Assembly (NCBI GenBank): GCA_040397175.1
Contig: JBBAWM010000001.1
Span: 249,976-313,975 of the forward strand
Length of the DNA stretch: 64,000 nt
From: Candidatus Limnocylindrus sp.
Lineage (GTDB): Bacteria > Chloroflexota > Limnocylindria > Limnocylindrales > Limnocylindraceae
Direction: 5' to 3'
This document shows, in pieces, positions 1 through 10,698 of this stretch. Every line of letters begins with the position of its first letter. Within the stretch, counting starts at the first letter, position 1. Below the pieces are notes generated by a model that saw nothing but the letters and a program-made list of their open reading frames with translations, ran no database searches and was not told the DNA's origin. The position numbers were made by a program, and so were the translations under genes.

Positions 1-2
1 CT

Positions 3-1454
3 CCACGGAATCCCGAGGGCGAGAAGCCCGGGATGGCCAGGGGCGCTCTCGATGATGTAGCCGTTGCGCTCCTCATCTGGGTCGATGAAGCGCGAGCTCT
101 TCGCCGCCTGCATCGTGCCTCGCCACATTTCGACAGGCTCATCAAAGACGCCCGCGACGAGGCTAACCGGGTGCAGCCGGAGGTTCTTCCCAATTGCGGG
201 GTGGGTGAGCCCGCTGCGCTGGAGCAGGATTGGCGTTCGGAGTGCGCCTCCGGAAACCACCACAGTCTTCGCGATGATCTCGAGCGTTCGAGGTGATCCT
301 GCGCGCGTACCAAGCGTGGTGATTGCGCCGGTGACCGTATCGTTCACGATGACGAGCCGCTCCGCCTTACAGTCGGGCAAGATGCGCGCGCCTTGGGCGG
401 CCGCTTGGGCCAGGTGGAGGCGTAGTGACGACTGCTTGGACCCAACCTTGCAGCCGAATGGACAGGTTCCGCAGTCGCTGCACTCGGCACGATTCATCTG
501 GATGCGCTCGCTGCTCCAGCCGAGCTTCTCGGTACCTCGGATGATTGCCTCATCTTTCATCGGCACGTTCTGTGAGTCTTTTGCGCCGATCTCGCTCAGT
601 ACTGCGGCGAGGTCCGTACCGAACTCACGCCCAGCGGCACCGGTGACGCCATGCTCCCCCTCCCACTCCTCGCGCACGGGTTCAGGAATGGGGATTGCGG
701 TCATCCAGTTCACCGTCGTGCCGCCGCCAACTGTGCCGCCCGCAAGGATTGCGATATGTGCATCGGCGGTGGCAGTGAAGCCTGAGTCGAGATATAGGCG
801 CTCGTAAGCATCGCGCTCCTTCGTTGGGAAGGTCGCCTCGGTATAGAGGCCACCCGCTTCAATGACGAGTACCTCACGACCTGCGGCGGAAAGGTCACGC
901 GCAATGCTCCCTCCGCCAGCCCCCGAGCCGATCACCAAGACGTCGACGGCAATACGCTCCGCAGGGCCCGGGTCAAACGCGGTGATCTTGGTGACGTTGG
1001 CGGTCGTGGGATTCGGCGTTGGGTTGTAGCCGAGGGCACTCAGACGCGTTCGCACGAGATCATCGGCTGGCTCGTCGGCATCGGAATAGGCGATGAAGGA
1101 GAGCAGCTTCCGGAAGACGGCGGCACCGCTGCGCAGCATTGGCACGGGATGCTGGACCCAGCGGCGCAGGAACTCGTCGCGCTGTGCCGACTTCAAGGTG
1201 CCGAATCGCGCCAGCCGTCCACCAATCAGCAGGCTGCCAACACGTGTATCGAGAAGGTTAAGGACGAGCCGCAGCTGACCGTGGAGGGCGGGGTCGACCA
1301 CCTTGGCGATTGCCGTCTCGGCGGCCGCCGCGCGAGCAGCACCACCGCCGGCGACGAACCCCTCTGCTAGGGCGGCGAGGGTGCGGCGCTGCGCGTCACT
1401 GAAGACGCCCGCTGCTGGGGCTGGTGTCGGAGCGGCGCTATTTCCAGTAGGCAT
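3..1454 (-). CDS. GMC-family FAD oxidoreductase (long-chain alcohol oxidase-like), C-terminus runs off the window
   Basis: Not in the ORF track. Manual minus-strand translation from ATG 1454 gives MPTGNSAAP...DVLVIGSGAGGG (FAD GxGxxG), VLVIEAG, LAGGTVGGGTTVNW, CSDCGTCPFGC, GGALRTPILL and GKNLRLHP. The frame stays open to the window edge. Confidence 0.88.
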   Translation of the reverse strand, partial: MPTGNSAAPTPAPAAGVFSDAQRRTLAALAEGFVAGGGAARAAAAETAIAKVVDPALHGQLRLVLNLLDTRVGSLLIGGRLARFGTLKSAQRDEFLRRWVQHPVPMLRSGAAVFRKLLSFIAYSDADEPADDLVRTRLSALGYNPTPNPTTANVTKITAFDPGPAERIAVDVLVIGSGAGGGSIARDLSAAGREVLVIEAGGLYTEATFPTKERDAYERLYLDSGFTATADAHIAILAGGTVGGGTTVNWMTAIPIPEPVREEWEGEHGVTGAAGREFGTDLAAVLSEIGAKDSQNVPMKDEAIIRGTEKLGWSSERIQMNRAECSDCGTCPFGCKVGSKQSSLRLHLAQAAAQGARILPDCKAERLVIVNDTVTGAITTLGTRAGSPRTLEIIAKTVVVSGGALRTPILLQRSGLTHPAIGKNLRLHPVSLVAGVFDEPVEMWRGTMQAAKSSRFIDPDEERNGYIIESAPGHPGLLALGIPW

Positions 1455-1525
1455 GCCGCATATATTGCATCTTTCTGCGTGCGGCGGGAGACGGTGGCGC
1501 GCCGCTGGGGTACGATCGGCACCGT

Positions 1526-1600
1526 TGGCGCGTGGCCAAGCGGTAAGGCACCTGCCTCTGGAGCAGGGGATCCTAGGTTCGAATCCTAGCGCGCCAGCCA
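1526..1600 (+). tRNA. tRNA-Gln (anticodon CTG)
   Basis: Acceptor stem TGGCGCG/CGCGCCA, D-arm GCCAAGCGGTAAGGC, anticodon arm CCTGC-CTCTGGA-GCAGG, T-loop GGTTCGAATCC and an encoded CCA end. Confidence 0.97.
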
Positions 1601-1625
1601 ACTCACTCACCCCTGGCGGAGCGGA

Positions 1626-1631
1626 TACGAT
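1626..1631 (+). promoter_or_regulatory. -10 box TACGAT 6 nt before the arsC ATG (probable leaderless promoter)
   Basis: TACGAT-gcaccc-ATG with no Shine-Dalgarno; the pattern recurs throughout the window. Confidence 0.6.
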
Positions 1632-1637
1632 GCACCC

Positions 1638-2068
1638 ATGAGCAACACTCGCGTTCTTTTCCTTTGTACCCACAACAGCGCGCGGTCACAGATTGCCGAG
1701 GCGCTGCTCCGCTCTCGTGGCCGTGGCGCATTTGAGGTGGAGAGCGCCGGGACAGAAGCGACGCTGGTTCGCCCCCACGCCCTCACCGTGCTGAGCGAGA
1801 TCGGCATCGATGCGTCGGCCCAGACGAGCAAGACGCTCCACCAGTTTCTTGATGAGCCGTTCGACTACGTGATTACCGTGTGCGATGCGGCGAACGATGC
1901 CTGCCCCATCTTCCCGAATGGCGGGCAACGCGAGCACTGGTCTCTGCCAGACCCCTCAAAGGTCGGCGGGAGTGAGGAGCGTCAGCTCGAGGCGTATCGC
2001 AAGGTGCGCGACGATCTCGAGATCCGCATCATGGAGTTCATCCGACAGGTTGAGGCGACCGCGAAGAG

Positions 2069-2072
<4 letters not shown>
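1638..2072 (+). CDS. arsC: Arsenate reductase, LMW-PTPase/thioredoxin-coupled type
   Basis: P-loop FLCTHNSARSQ, VITVCD..NDACP with two further Cys, and HWSLPDP. Confidence 0.88.
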
Positions 2073-3283
<1,211 letters not shown>

Positions 3284-3335
3284 CAGTCGGTCAAGCGTAC
3301 CCGAGAGCGGCGAGAAGGGTGCGATGATCAGTGCG

Positions 3336-4610
3336 ATGAATGAGAGGGCGACGCTCCTTGGTGGTCTTGCGCCAGCGCAACCCCTCGCCGCCCGCATGCG
3401 CCCGACAACCCTTGATGAGGTGGTGGGGCAAGGTGCGCTCATTGGGCCAGGTGGACCGCTGCGACGACTCTTGGAGCGCGGCGAGGCACCCTCGCTCCTG
3501 CTCTGGGGACCACCAGGGAGCGGCAAATCGACCCTAGCCGCCGTGATCGCCACCTCTCTAAAGGCAATCCCCACAAGCCTCTCCGCAACAAGCGACGGCG
3601 TGGCTGAGGTCCGCAAGGCGGTTGCCGCGGCGATCGAGCGCCGCGAGCACGGCGAGCAGACGCTCCTCTTCATTGACGAGCTGCATCGTTTCTCGCGCAC
3701 GCAGCAGGATGCCCTGCTGCCGCATGTGGAGGCGGGCACGATCATCTTGGTGGGCGCCACAACGGAGCCACCCCCGCGCGCAATCTCGCCGGCGCTCCTG
3801 TCGCGCATGCGCACCTTCCGTCTGGCTCCGCTGAGCAGCGAAGATCTTGAGACGTTGCTCGACCGAGCGCTTGGAGACCCCCGCGGCCTCAATGGGGCAG
3901 CGCAGGTCGATGTTGATGCCCGCCGTCAGTTGGTCGGCTACGCGTCTGGTGATGCACGTCGGCTCTTGACGCTGCTCGAGATGTCCGCACTCATGACGAC
4001 TGAGGGCAACGAGATCACGCCGCGCGAAGTGCTCCTCGCTGCACAAGACCGAAGCCTGCCCTACGACCAGTCTGGCGTTACCTCAGCACTGATCAAGAGC
4101 ATTCGCGGCAACGATCCTGATGCTGCAATCTGGTGGCTCGCGACAGCACTCGAAGGCGGCGAGGATCCACGCGTGATCGCGCGCCGACTGCTCGTCTCGG
4201 CATCAGAAGATGTGGGGAATGCCGATCCCGCCGCACTCCCACTCGCCGCAGCCGCAGCGCAGGTCGTAGAGCTCGCCGGATCACCTGAGTGCGACTGGGC
4301 GCTTGCGCAAGCCGTCACGTATCTCGCTAGTGCACCGAAGTCGCCGCGCGCAGGTGAGGCACTCGCTGCGGCGCGTGAGCAGATCGCCACTGGTGGCCAA
4401 CTACCTGTTCCTGGCCATCTGCGCGCGTCAGCGAAGACCTATCAGTCGCCACACGAATCTGGTGAACCGTTTGATATTGATCAGGAGTATCTGCCGCGCG
4501 AGATCGCAACGAAGCGTTTCTATGCACCGTCAGGGAGTGGAGCAGAGGCGGAGTTGCGTGATCAAATTGCAGCGCTGCGCGCCGCGCGCGCCAAGGGGAC
4601 GAAGGCCTAG
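3336..4610 (+). CDS. rarA: Replication-associated recombination protein A (RarA/MgsA AAA+ ATPase)
   Basis: PLAARMRP, WGPPGSGKST, LFIDELHRF, SALIKSIRG and ASEDVGNADP. Start trimmed to ATG 3336. Confidence 0.92.
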   Translation: MNERATLLGGLAPAQPLAARMRPTTLDEVVGQGALIGPGGPLRRLLERGEAPSLLLWGPPGSGKSTLAAVIATSLKAIPTSLSATSDGVAEVRKAVAAAIERREHGEQTLLFIDELHRFSRTQQDALLPHVEAGTIILVGATTEPPPRAISPALLSRMRTFRLAPLSSEDLETLLDRALGDPRGLNGAAQVDVDARRQLVGYASGDARRLLTLLEMSALMTTEGNEITPREVLLAAQDRSLPYDQSGVTSALIKSIRGNDPDAAIWWLATALEGGEDPRVIARRLLVSASEDVGNADPAALPLAAAAAQVVELAGSPECDWALAQAVTYLASAPKSPRAGEALAAAREQIATGGQLPVPGHLRASAKTYQSPHESGEPFDIDQEYLPREIATKRFYAPSGSGAEAELRDQIAALRAARAKGTKA

Positions 4611-5413
4611 GCGAGTCCGTGTGCGAGCAGGAGCTCGCGGTTCGCCAAGATCTCGCTCGTTGATCCGTCGGCCACGATCACGCCGCGATCAACCACGATG
4701 CTGCGCGGGAATGCGGCACGCGCCAGTTCAAGGTCATGCGTGCTGACAATGAGTGTCTGTGTGAGTGACTGCAACAGCTCAATGAGTTCGCGGCGACCGC
4801 GTGGGTCGAGTCCAGCCGATGGTTCGTCGAACACCAAGATGCTTGGATCCATGGCGAGGACGGTGGCAAGGGCGACCCGCTTGCGCTGACCGATGGAGAG
4901 GCGCATCGGAGCACGTTGCGCCAAGTCGAGCGCGCCAACGGCGGCAAGGGCAACCTCTACGCGATCATGAATGGCGCCGGGGGTGAGGCCCATATGCGTT
5001 GGCCCAAAGGCAACGTCATCCCACACGGTTGGGCTAAAGAGCTGATCGTCGGGATCCTGAAAGACCAGCCCAACTTCAGCGCGGACGCGGCCGATCGTCT
5101 CGTTCGACACCTGCATCCCTGCCACCGTTACGGTGCCATGCGATGGACGGTGGATTCCGTTCAGGTGCAGCATCAGGGTGCTCTTCCCCGCACCGTTCGG
5201 TCCGAGCAGCGCAACCTTTTCACCGCCCGCAATCAACAGATCTATACCGCGGAGCGCCTCAGTCCCATCGGGGTAACGGAAGTGCAGATGCGAGATGGCG
5301 ATCGTGCCATCGCCCGTTGGCACAAGCGGCGCATCGTGCGCATAGTCATGCCCATGGCTGTGCGGCACAGAAAGCCCTGGATGCGTGTGCGGGTGTTCGT
5401 GCTGCTCCGTCAT
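4607..5413 (-). CDS. cbiO: ECF transporter ATPase (CbiO/NikO) with His-rich N-terminus
   Basis: GPNGAGKST, GLVFQDPDDQLF, LSIGQRKR and DEPSAGLDP; co-oriented with Q and M genes. Confidence 0.88.
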   Translation of the reverse strand: MTEQHEHPHTHPGLSVPHSHGHDYAHDAPLVPTGDGTIAISHLHFRYPDGTEALRGIDLLIAGGEKVALLGPNGAGKSTLMLHLNGIHRPSHGTVTVAGMQVSNETIGRVRAEVGLVFQDPDDQLFSPTVWDDVAFGPTHMGLTPGAIHDRVEVALAAVGALDLAQRAPMRLSIGQRKRVALATVLAMDPSILVFDEPSAGLDPRGRRELIELLQSLTQTLIVSTHDLELARAAFPRSIVVDRGVIVADGSTSEILANRELLLAHGLA

Positions 5414-5422
5414 TCGTTCAGC

Positions 5423-6205
5423 CTACAGTCGCGGCAGCAACGCGCCGCAGAGGGTGAGGAAGAGTGCCAATAGCACCACGCCGATCACCTTCAGCGTGAA
5501 GCGTGGATCAGCTGCCGGCAGGGTGCCGACCGAGAGGGAGCCAGTAGCCCCGCGCGACGCGGCGGCCTCTTCAATGCGCTGGGCTCGCGCATAGGCGCGC
5601 AAGAAGAGTGAGCCGACCAGGTTGCCGGTTGTACGCGCACGCCAGGAGATGCTCCCACCGATTCGTTCACGGCCAACGCCGACAGGGCTCGCGGAGCGGG
5701 CGGTGCGCGCACGGAGCATGCGTTTCGCCTCATCGCGAAGGAGTTCCAGATAGCGAATCGTCAGCCCCGCGCTTGTGGCGATCGCTTCAGGGAGCCGCAT
5801 GCGCCGGAGGGCGGTCACGATGGTTGGGGCGTCAACATGGGTAATGAGCACGATGGAGGCCTGCACGCTCACCCATGCCTTCAGCACGGCGGTGAGAGCG
5901 ATGCGGAGTCCGGCACCTGAGATGGTGAGGTCGAGCGGACCTACCGTGCCGCTCCAGAGGAGTTCGTCGGTGCGCAAGAAGATCACTGGCACCGCTGCCA
6001 AAACAAACGGGAGTGCTATCGCGCCACGTCGCGCGAGGCGAAGGGGCGAGATTCCGACAGAGGCACCCGCAGTGATCACCACGAACCAACTAAACGCGAG
6101 GGCAACGTAGGCACCCATCGGCAGGAGGGCGATAGCAAGAATAAAAAAGAGCGCTGCGATAACAGCGGCACGCGCATCACGGCCGCCCGGCGTGGCGCGG
6201 CTCAT
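5423..6205 (-). CDS. cbiQ: ECF transporter T component (CbiQ/NikQ)
   Basis: Multi-TM protein with RYLELLRDEAKRMLRAR and RAYARAQRI...SRG coupling helices. Confidence 0.85.
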   Translation of the reverse strand: MSRATPGGRDARAAVIAALFFILAIALLPMGAYVALAFSWFVVITAGASVGISPLRLARRGAIALPFVLAAVPVIFLRTDELLWSGTVGPLDLTISGAGLRIALTAVLKAWVSVQASIVLITHVDAPTIVTALRRMRLPEAIATSAGLTIRYLELLRDEAKRMLRARTARSASPVGVGRERIGGSISWRARTTGNLVGSLFLRAYARAQRIEEAAASRGATGSLSVGTLPAADPRFTLKVIGVVLLALFLTLCGALLPRL

Positions 6206-7146
6206 CTTTTATCCGATCGCGACGCTGCCAGTCGGCTCAGTCCAAAGAGGAGCCCAGCGATGGCAGCGGCACCGATGAGTGCAGCGATCACTGTTGATGC
6301 AGTTCCATCAAGTCCAGGGATGGAGTAGCCAGCGAAGAGATTGAATGGAGCGCCAGCTTCAACATGAGAGAAGCCGAGCGCTTGCGCAACATAGTTCAGT
6401 CCATCGGGATCGGCTGAAGCGAAGAGCGTGGCGAGTGTACTGACGACGACTGTCGCGATGGCACCTGCGCCAACTCGGCGCGCGAGGGAGGTGCGCACCG
6501 TAGGCTCCGCGCTGAGAAGGTCTGGTGCAGTCGTCGCGATGAATGTCAGGGCGGCGACGGTGATGAGAGCTTCGCCAACACCGATGAACACGTGTACGCC
6601 CAACATCGCGGGAAGCCCCACCGAAATATCCGTTGTGCCCGAAAGCCCCAACTGCATCGCGGTGATGCCGGCTCCAGCCATCACGGAGAGCCAGCCAGCA
6701 ACGCCAGCCGCGGCGATCCGCGCGCTGCGGCCACCGCCGAGTGCGAGCGCTAGGGCTCGAGCAATGAGGGTGCCGCCCAGCGTGCCGATGATCCCCATGT
6801 TGAAGATGTTCGCGCCGAGCGCAAGCAGCCCACCGTCTTGAAAGAGGAGCGCCTGCACGCCAATGACAGTCGTCATAACAATGGTTCCCGCCCATGGCCC
6901 AAGCAGATAGCCGGCGAGAACGCCACCAAGCAGATGTCCGCTCGTTCCTGCTGCGACGGGGAAGTTGAACATTTGGGCGGCGAAGATGAATGCGCCGACC
7001 AGGCCCATCAGAATCGGCCGGCCGGCGGCACCACTCGCATCACGGCTCGCCGCCAAGCGGCGGAGGGAGATGCCGACGATCAGGGCCGTTGCGGCCCAGA
7101 GGGCGAGGGCAAGCTGTGGGGCGAGGAAGCCATCAGGGAGGTGCAT
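6202..7146 (-). CDS. cbiM: ECF S component CbiM/NikM fused to a PDGLE (NikN-like) domain
   Basis: N-terminal MHLPDGFL metal-binding motif (start set at ATG 7146), GTSGHLLGG, QDGG..ALGAN and C-terminal ASADPDGL. Confidence 0.87.
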   Translation of the reverse strand: MHLPDGFLAPQLALALWAATALIVGISLRRLAASRDASGAAGRPILMGLVGAFIFAAQMFNFPVAAGTSGHLLGGVLAGYLLGPWAGTIVMTTVIGVQALLFQDGGLLALGANIFNMGIIGTLGGTLIARALALALGGGRSARIAAAGVAGWLSVMAGAGITAMQLGLSGTTDISVGLPAMLGVHVFIGVGEALITVAALTFIATTAPDLLSAEPTVRTSLARRVGAGAIATVVVSTLATLFASADPDGLNYVAQALGFSHVEAGAPFNLFAGYSIPGLDGTASTVIAALIGAAAIAGLLFGLSRLAASRSDKR

Positions 7147-7168
7147 GGTGTGGATCACCTTGTGAGTC

Positions 7169-7188
7169 TATCGCAACACGTTGCAATA
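7169..7188. promoter_or_regulatory. Inverted repeat, candidate operator for the adjacent Fur-family regulator
   Basis: TATCGCAAC-AC-GTTGCAATA (arms match 8/9) lies in the 65-bp divergent gap between cbiM and the fur-family gene. Confidence 0.6.
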
Positions 7189-7211
7189 AGCCATCCCGTA
7201 TCCTGCCCGAG

Positions 7212-7670
7212 ATGGCTACGGCACCCGAACCGAAAGTGACGCTCGCTACCCGCCTGCAGGCGGCGGTACAGGCGCGTGGTCAGCGCTGGACCGAGCAGCG
7301 GCAGCTGATTGCCGACGTGCTCGCCGCCTCCGACGGTCACGCGACCGGGGCCGAACTGGTGGAGCGTGTGCGTGTGGCAGATCCATCGGCGACCCCTTCA
7401 ACCGTATACCGCACGTTGGATCTCCTCGAAGAGCTGGGGTTCGCCAGCCATCATCATGGGGTCGATGGGCGAGAGACCTATCACCTGGAAGAGGTGGTGG
7501 CGCATGGTCACGTTCACTGCCAGGGGTGCGGTGCCGAGGTGGAGCTAGATGCCGACCTCGCGCAACCGATCCTCGCCGCGATTGAGCGTGCCACCGGCTA
7601 TGCCGCGGACCTCGACCACCTCTCGCTCCAGGGGCGCTGCCCCTCGTGCCGGGCTGCCGCCGCACGGTAG
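7212..7670 (+). CDS. Fur-family metalloregulator (Zur/Nur-like)
   Basis: WTEQRQLI, STVYRTLDLLEELG, HGHVHCQGCG and C-terminal CPSC. Start ATG 7212 is preceded by TATCCT at 7199-7204. Confidence 0.9.
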   Translation: MATAPEPKVTLATRLQAAVQARGQRWTEQRQLIADVLAASDGHATGAELVERVRVADPSATPSTVYRTLDLLEELGFASHHHGVDGRETYHLEEVVAHGHVHCQGCGAEVELDADLAQPILAAIERATGYAADLDHLSLQGRCPSCRAAAAR

Positions 7671-7721
7671 ACTCTGCCCGATGGCGCACCGCATGTGCGC
7701 CGCACAAGTAAGGATGGACCA

Positions 7722-9287
7722 ATGGCTGAGAAGTTGAAGATCACGTACGCCACCCTGAACGACTCCAACGAGGAGATCCATATTGGGTACGAGGCCGGTC
7801 TCGCGCAGGCTCGCGCACTCATGGGCGGCGCACACGGAAACTTCATCAATGGCACCTGGTCCACCGCGGGCGACACCTTCGTCAAGAAGTCCCCAATTGA
7901 TGGCAGCGTTGTCGGCACCTTTAGTATGGGCGACCGCTCCACGGCGAAGGCGGCGATCGCTGCGGCGAAGGCGGCGTACCCAGCCTGGTCAAAGCGCCCG
8001 TGGCAGGAGCGCGTTGCGCTCATTCGCGCGGCGGCTGAGTTGATCAGCGAGCGACAGTTCCTCTACTCCGCACTCCTCTCCATTGAGGTTGGCAAGAATC
8101 GCCTCGAGGCACTCGGTGACGTCGAAGAGACCGCCGACTTCTTCCGCATCTACGCGAGTGAGGTTGAGCGCAATAAGGGGTACGTCCACACCATGGGGAA
8201 CCTTGGTGATGCAAAGGTCGAAACGACGACTGTCCTCAAGCCGTACGGCGTTTGGGCAGTGATCAGTCCATTCAACTTCCCGTTCGCACTCATGGGCGGG
8301 CCGGTTGGCGCGGCACTCGTTGCTGGCAACTCGGTCGTACTGAAGCCGTCGTCTGATGCGCCTCTCTCGGCAGTGTTGCTGTCGCAGGCGATTAGCGACG
8401 CAGGGATTCCTGCCGGCGTCTTCAACATGGTGATGGGGCCAGGCGAAAGCGTTGGCGCCGAACTACAGGAGAACCACGACGTCTCCGGCATCACCTTCAC
8501 CGGCTCCGCAGAGATCGGCATGCAGGTCTACCGATCATTTGCCAAGGACTACCCAAAGCCGGTCATCGTGGAGATGGGTGGAAAGAACCCAACGATCATC
8601 TCAAAGAAGGCCGATCTAGAGAAGGCGGCCGAGGGTGTGCTCCGTTCGGCGTTCGGTCTCGGTGGGCAGAAGTGTTCGGCGAACAGCCGCGTCTATATTG
8701 AAGCGTCAGTTCATGACGAATTCGTTCAGCACCTCGTTGAGAAGACAAAGGCGCTGAAGGTTGGCGACCCAACGGTGCGCGGCATCTTCCTTGGGCCGAT
8801 CATCAACCAGCGCTCCGTCGACACCTTCTTACAGGCGTGCGACGAGGCGAAGCGCGACGGCACGATCGCCGTTGGCGGTGGCCGACTGACCGATGGCGAT
8901 CTCGCCAAGGGTTTTTATGTGGCGCCGACCGTGGTGACGGGCCTCCCGGCAACGCACCGGCTCTTCAAGGATGAGCTCTTCACGCCGTTCGTTGTGGTGG
9001 CGAAGGTCGCCTCGTTTGAGGAGGGGATCGCCCTCGCCAACGAGAGCGAGTACGCCCTGACCGCCGGTTGCTATACCGAGGATGAGGCCGAGATCAAGAT
9101 CTTCCTCGACACCATTGATGGCGGGGTCATCTACGTGAATCGCCGAGTGGGGGCCACAACCGGCGCATGGCCAATGGTCCAGCCGTTCGGCGGCTGGAAG
9201 AAGTCGGGCACAACGGGGAAGTCGGGCGGCGGCCTCTATTACGTGCCGCAGTACCTGCGCGAGCAGAGCCAGACAATCGTCCGCTAA
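7722..9287 (+). CDS. Aldehyde dehydrogenase (P5C-dehydrogenase/RocA-like subfamily)
   Basis: ISPFNFP, FTGS, VEMGGKNP, GQKCSA (catalytic Cys) and QPFGGWKKSG. Start MAEKLK at 7722. Confidence 0.88.
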   Translation: MAEKLKITYATLNDSNEEIHIGYEAGLAQARALMGGAHGNFINGTWSTAGDTFVKKSPIDGSVVGTFSMGDRSTAKAAIAAAKAAYPAWSKRPWQERVALIRAAAELISERQFLYSALLSIEVGKNRLEALGDVEETADFFRIYASEVERNKGYVHTMGNLGDAKVETTTVLKPYGVWAVISPFNFPFALMGGPVGAALVAGNSVVLKPSSDAPLSAVLLSQAISDAGIPAGVFNMVMGPGESVGAELQENHDVSGITFTGSAEIGMQVYRSFAKDYPKPVIVEMGGKNPTIISKKADLEKAAEGVLRSAFGLGGQKCSANSRVYIEASVHDEFVQHLVEKTKALKVGDPTVRGIFLGPIINQRSVDTFLQACDEAKRDGTIAVGGGRLTDGDLAKGFYVAPTVVTGLPATHRLFKDELFTPFVVVAKVASFEEGIALANESEYALTAGCYTEDEAEIKIFLDTIDGGVIYVNRRVGATTGAWPMVQPFGGWKKSGTTGKSGGGLYYVPQYLREQSQTIVR

Positions 9288-9342
9288 ACGGGGGTTTCCC
9301 TCGTATACACTCCGCATACAAAGCATCCATAGGAGGGGCACC

Positions 9343-10650
9343 ATGACGATCGCCGAGAAGCCTGCGAAGCCTGCAGCCTGGCCAGCCACTCTGCCGCACC
9401 TGGTCACGAAGGTGCCAGGTCCGAAGGCACTCGCCCAGGTAGCCGCCGATCAGGCGGTTGTCTCCGGAAGCCTGCCGCGTGCCTATCCGTTTGCCCCTGT
9501 GCGTGGTTTCGGCATGGGGGTTGAGGATCAGGACGGCAACGTCTTCCTCGACTTCTGCGCTGGCATCGCCGTGAACTCCACCGGCCACTGCCACCCGCGC
9601 GTGGTGGACGCGATCGTGCAGCAGGCGCAGCGCCTCTTGCACTACAGCGCCTCAGACTTCTACGAACAGCGCTACCAGGAGCTCGCATCGGCACTCGCCG
9701 CGTCCGCACCATGGAAGGGGCCATCAAAAGTCCTTCTCCAGAATTCGGGGACCGAGGCGGTCGAGGCCTCTATCAAGTTGGCGCGATACATGAGCGGTCG
9801 CCAGTGGATCGTCGGCTTCGTCGGCGGCTTCCACGGACGAACCCTTGGCTCGCTCACCCTGACCAACTCGAAGGCGAAGTATCACGCACACTTCGGCCCA
9901 CTCGCGCCTGGCTTCTTGCATGTGCCGTTCGGTAGCGAGGGCCTCGACGAGCTGGAAGAGCGCATTATCGCGCGCACCATCCCTGGCGATGAGATTGCCG
10001 CGTTTGTTGTGGAGCCAGTGCAGGGCGAGGGCGGCTACATCGTTCCAGACAAAGACTTCTTCCCGCGGCTGAAGGCAATCGCCGATAAGTACTGCATCGC
10101 CATCGTAGTTGACGAGGTGCAGTCGGGCGCCGGTCGCACCGGCAAGATGTGGGCGATTGAAAACTTTGGTATTGAGCCCGACATCGTTGCCGCCGCGAAG
10201 GGTCTCGGCTCAGGGATGCCGATTGGCGCGGTCATTGCGAAAGAGCATTGGATGCGCTGGAAGCCCGGCTCGCACGGCTCAACGTTCGGTGGTAATCCAG
10301 TAGCTGCAGCGGCGGCCATCGCCACCCTTGATGTGATCCGCGACGAGAACCTGATGCAGAACGCAATCGATCGCGGCGCACAGGCGCTGACGGGGCTGCG
10401 TGCCGGCCTCAAGGGGAACAAGCATGTCACCGACATTCGCGGCATCGGCCTCATGATTGGCGTTGATTTTACGAACGCCGACATTGCGGGCGAAGTTGAG
10501 GTTGAAGCGTTTGAGCGCGGACTCCTTGTGTTGACCTGCGGTGACCGCGGCGTGCGCATGAGCCCCCCGCTCGTCGTGAACGAGGCCGAAATGGATACGG
10601 CCGTCCGCATCTTCTCTGAGGCCGCAGCGGCAGTCGCCGCTCGGCACTGA
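9343..10650 (+). CDS. Class-III PLP aminotransferase (4-aminobutyrate/acetylornithine-like)
   Basis: FLDFCAGIAV, NSGTEAVE, FHGRT, EPVQGEGG, DEVQSG and AAKG (PLP Lys); SD AGGAGG upstream. Confidence 0.88.
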   Translation: MTIAEKPAKPAAWPATLPHLVTKVPGPKALAQVAADQAVVSGSLPRAYPFAPVRGFGMGVEDQDGNVFLDFCAGIAVNSTGHCHPRVVDAIVQQAQRLLHYSASDFYEQRYQELASALAASAPWKGPSKVLLQNSGTEAVEASIKLARYMSGRQWIVGFVGGFHGRTLGSLTLTNSKAKYHAHFGPLAPGFLHVPFGSEGLDELEERIIARTIPGDEIAAFVVEPVQGEGGYIVPDKDFFPRLKAIADKYCIAIVVDEVQSGAGRTGKMWAIENFGIEPDIVAAAKGLGSGMPIGAVIAKEHWMRWKPGSHGSTFGGNPVAAAAAIATLDVIRDENLMQNAIDRGAQALTGLRAGLKGNKHVTDIRGIGLMIGVDFTNADIAGEVEVEAFERGLLVLTCGDRGVRMSPPLVVNEAEMDTAVRIFSEAAAAVAARH

Positions 10651-10698
10651 GCGAGCGCCCATGCGCGGGCTGCTCTCAGTGCGCGCAGGGGTGACGAG

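Noticed and set aside
3284-3892. 200-aa N-terminal extension of the DEAD-box ORF
   Set aside because: It is the antisense shadow of rarA; helicase motifs begin at ATG 3283.
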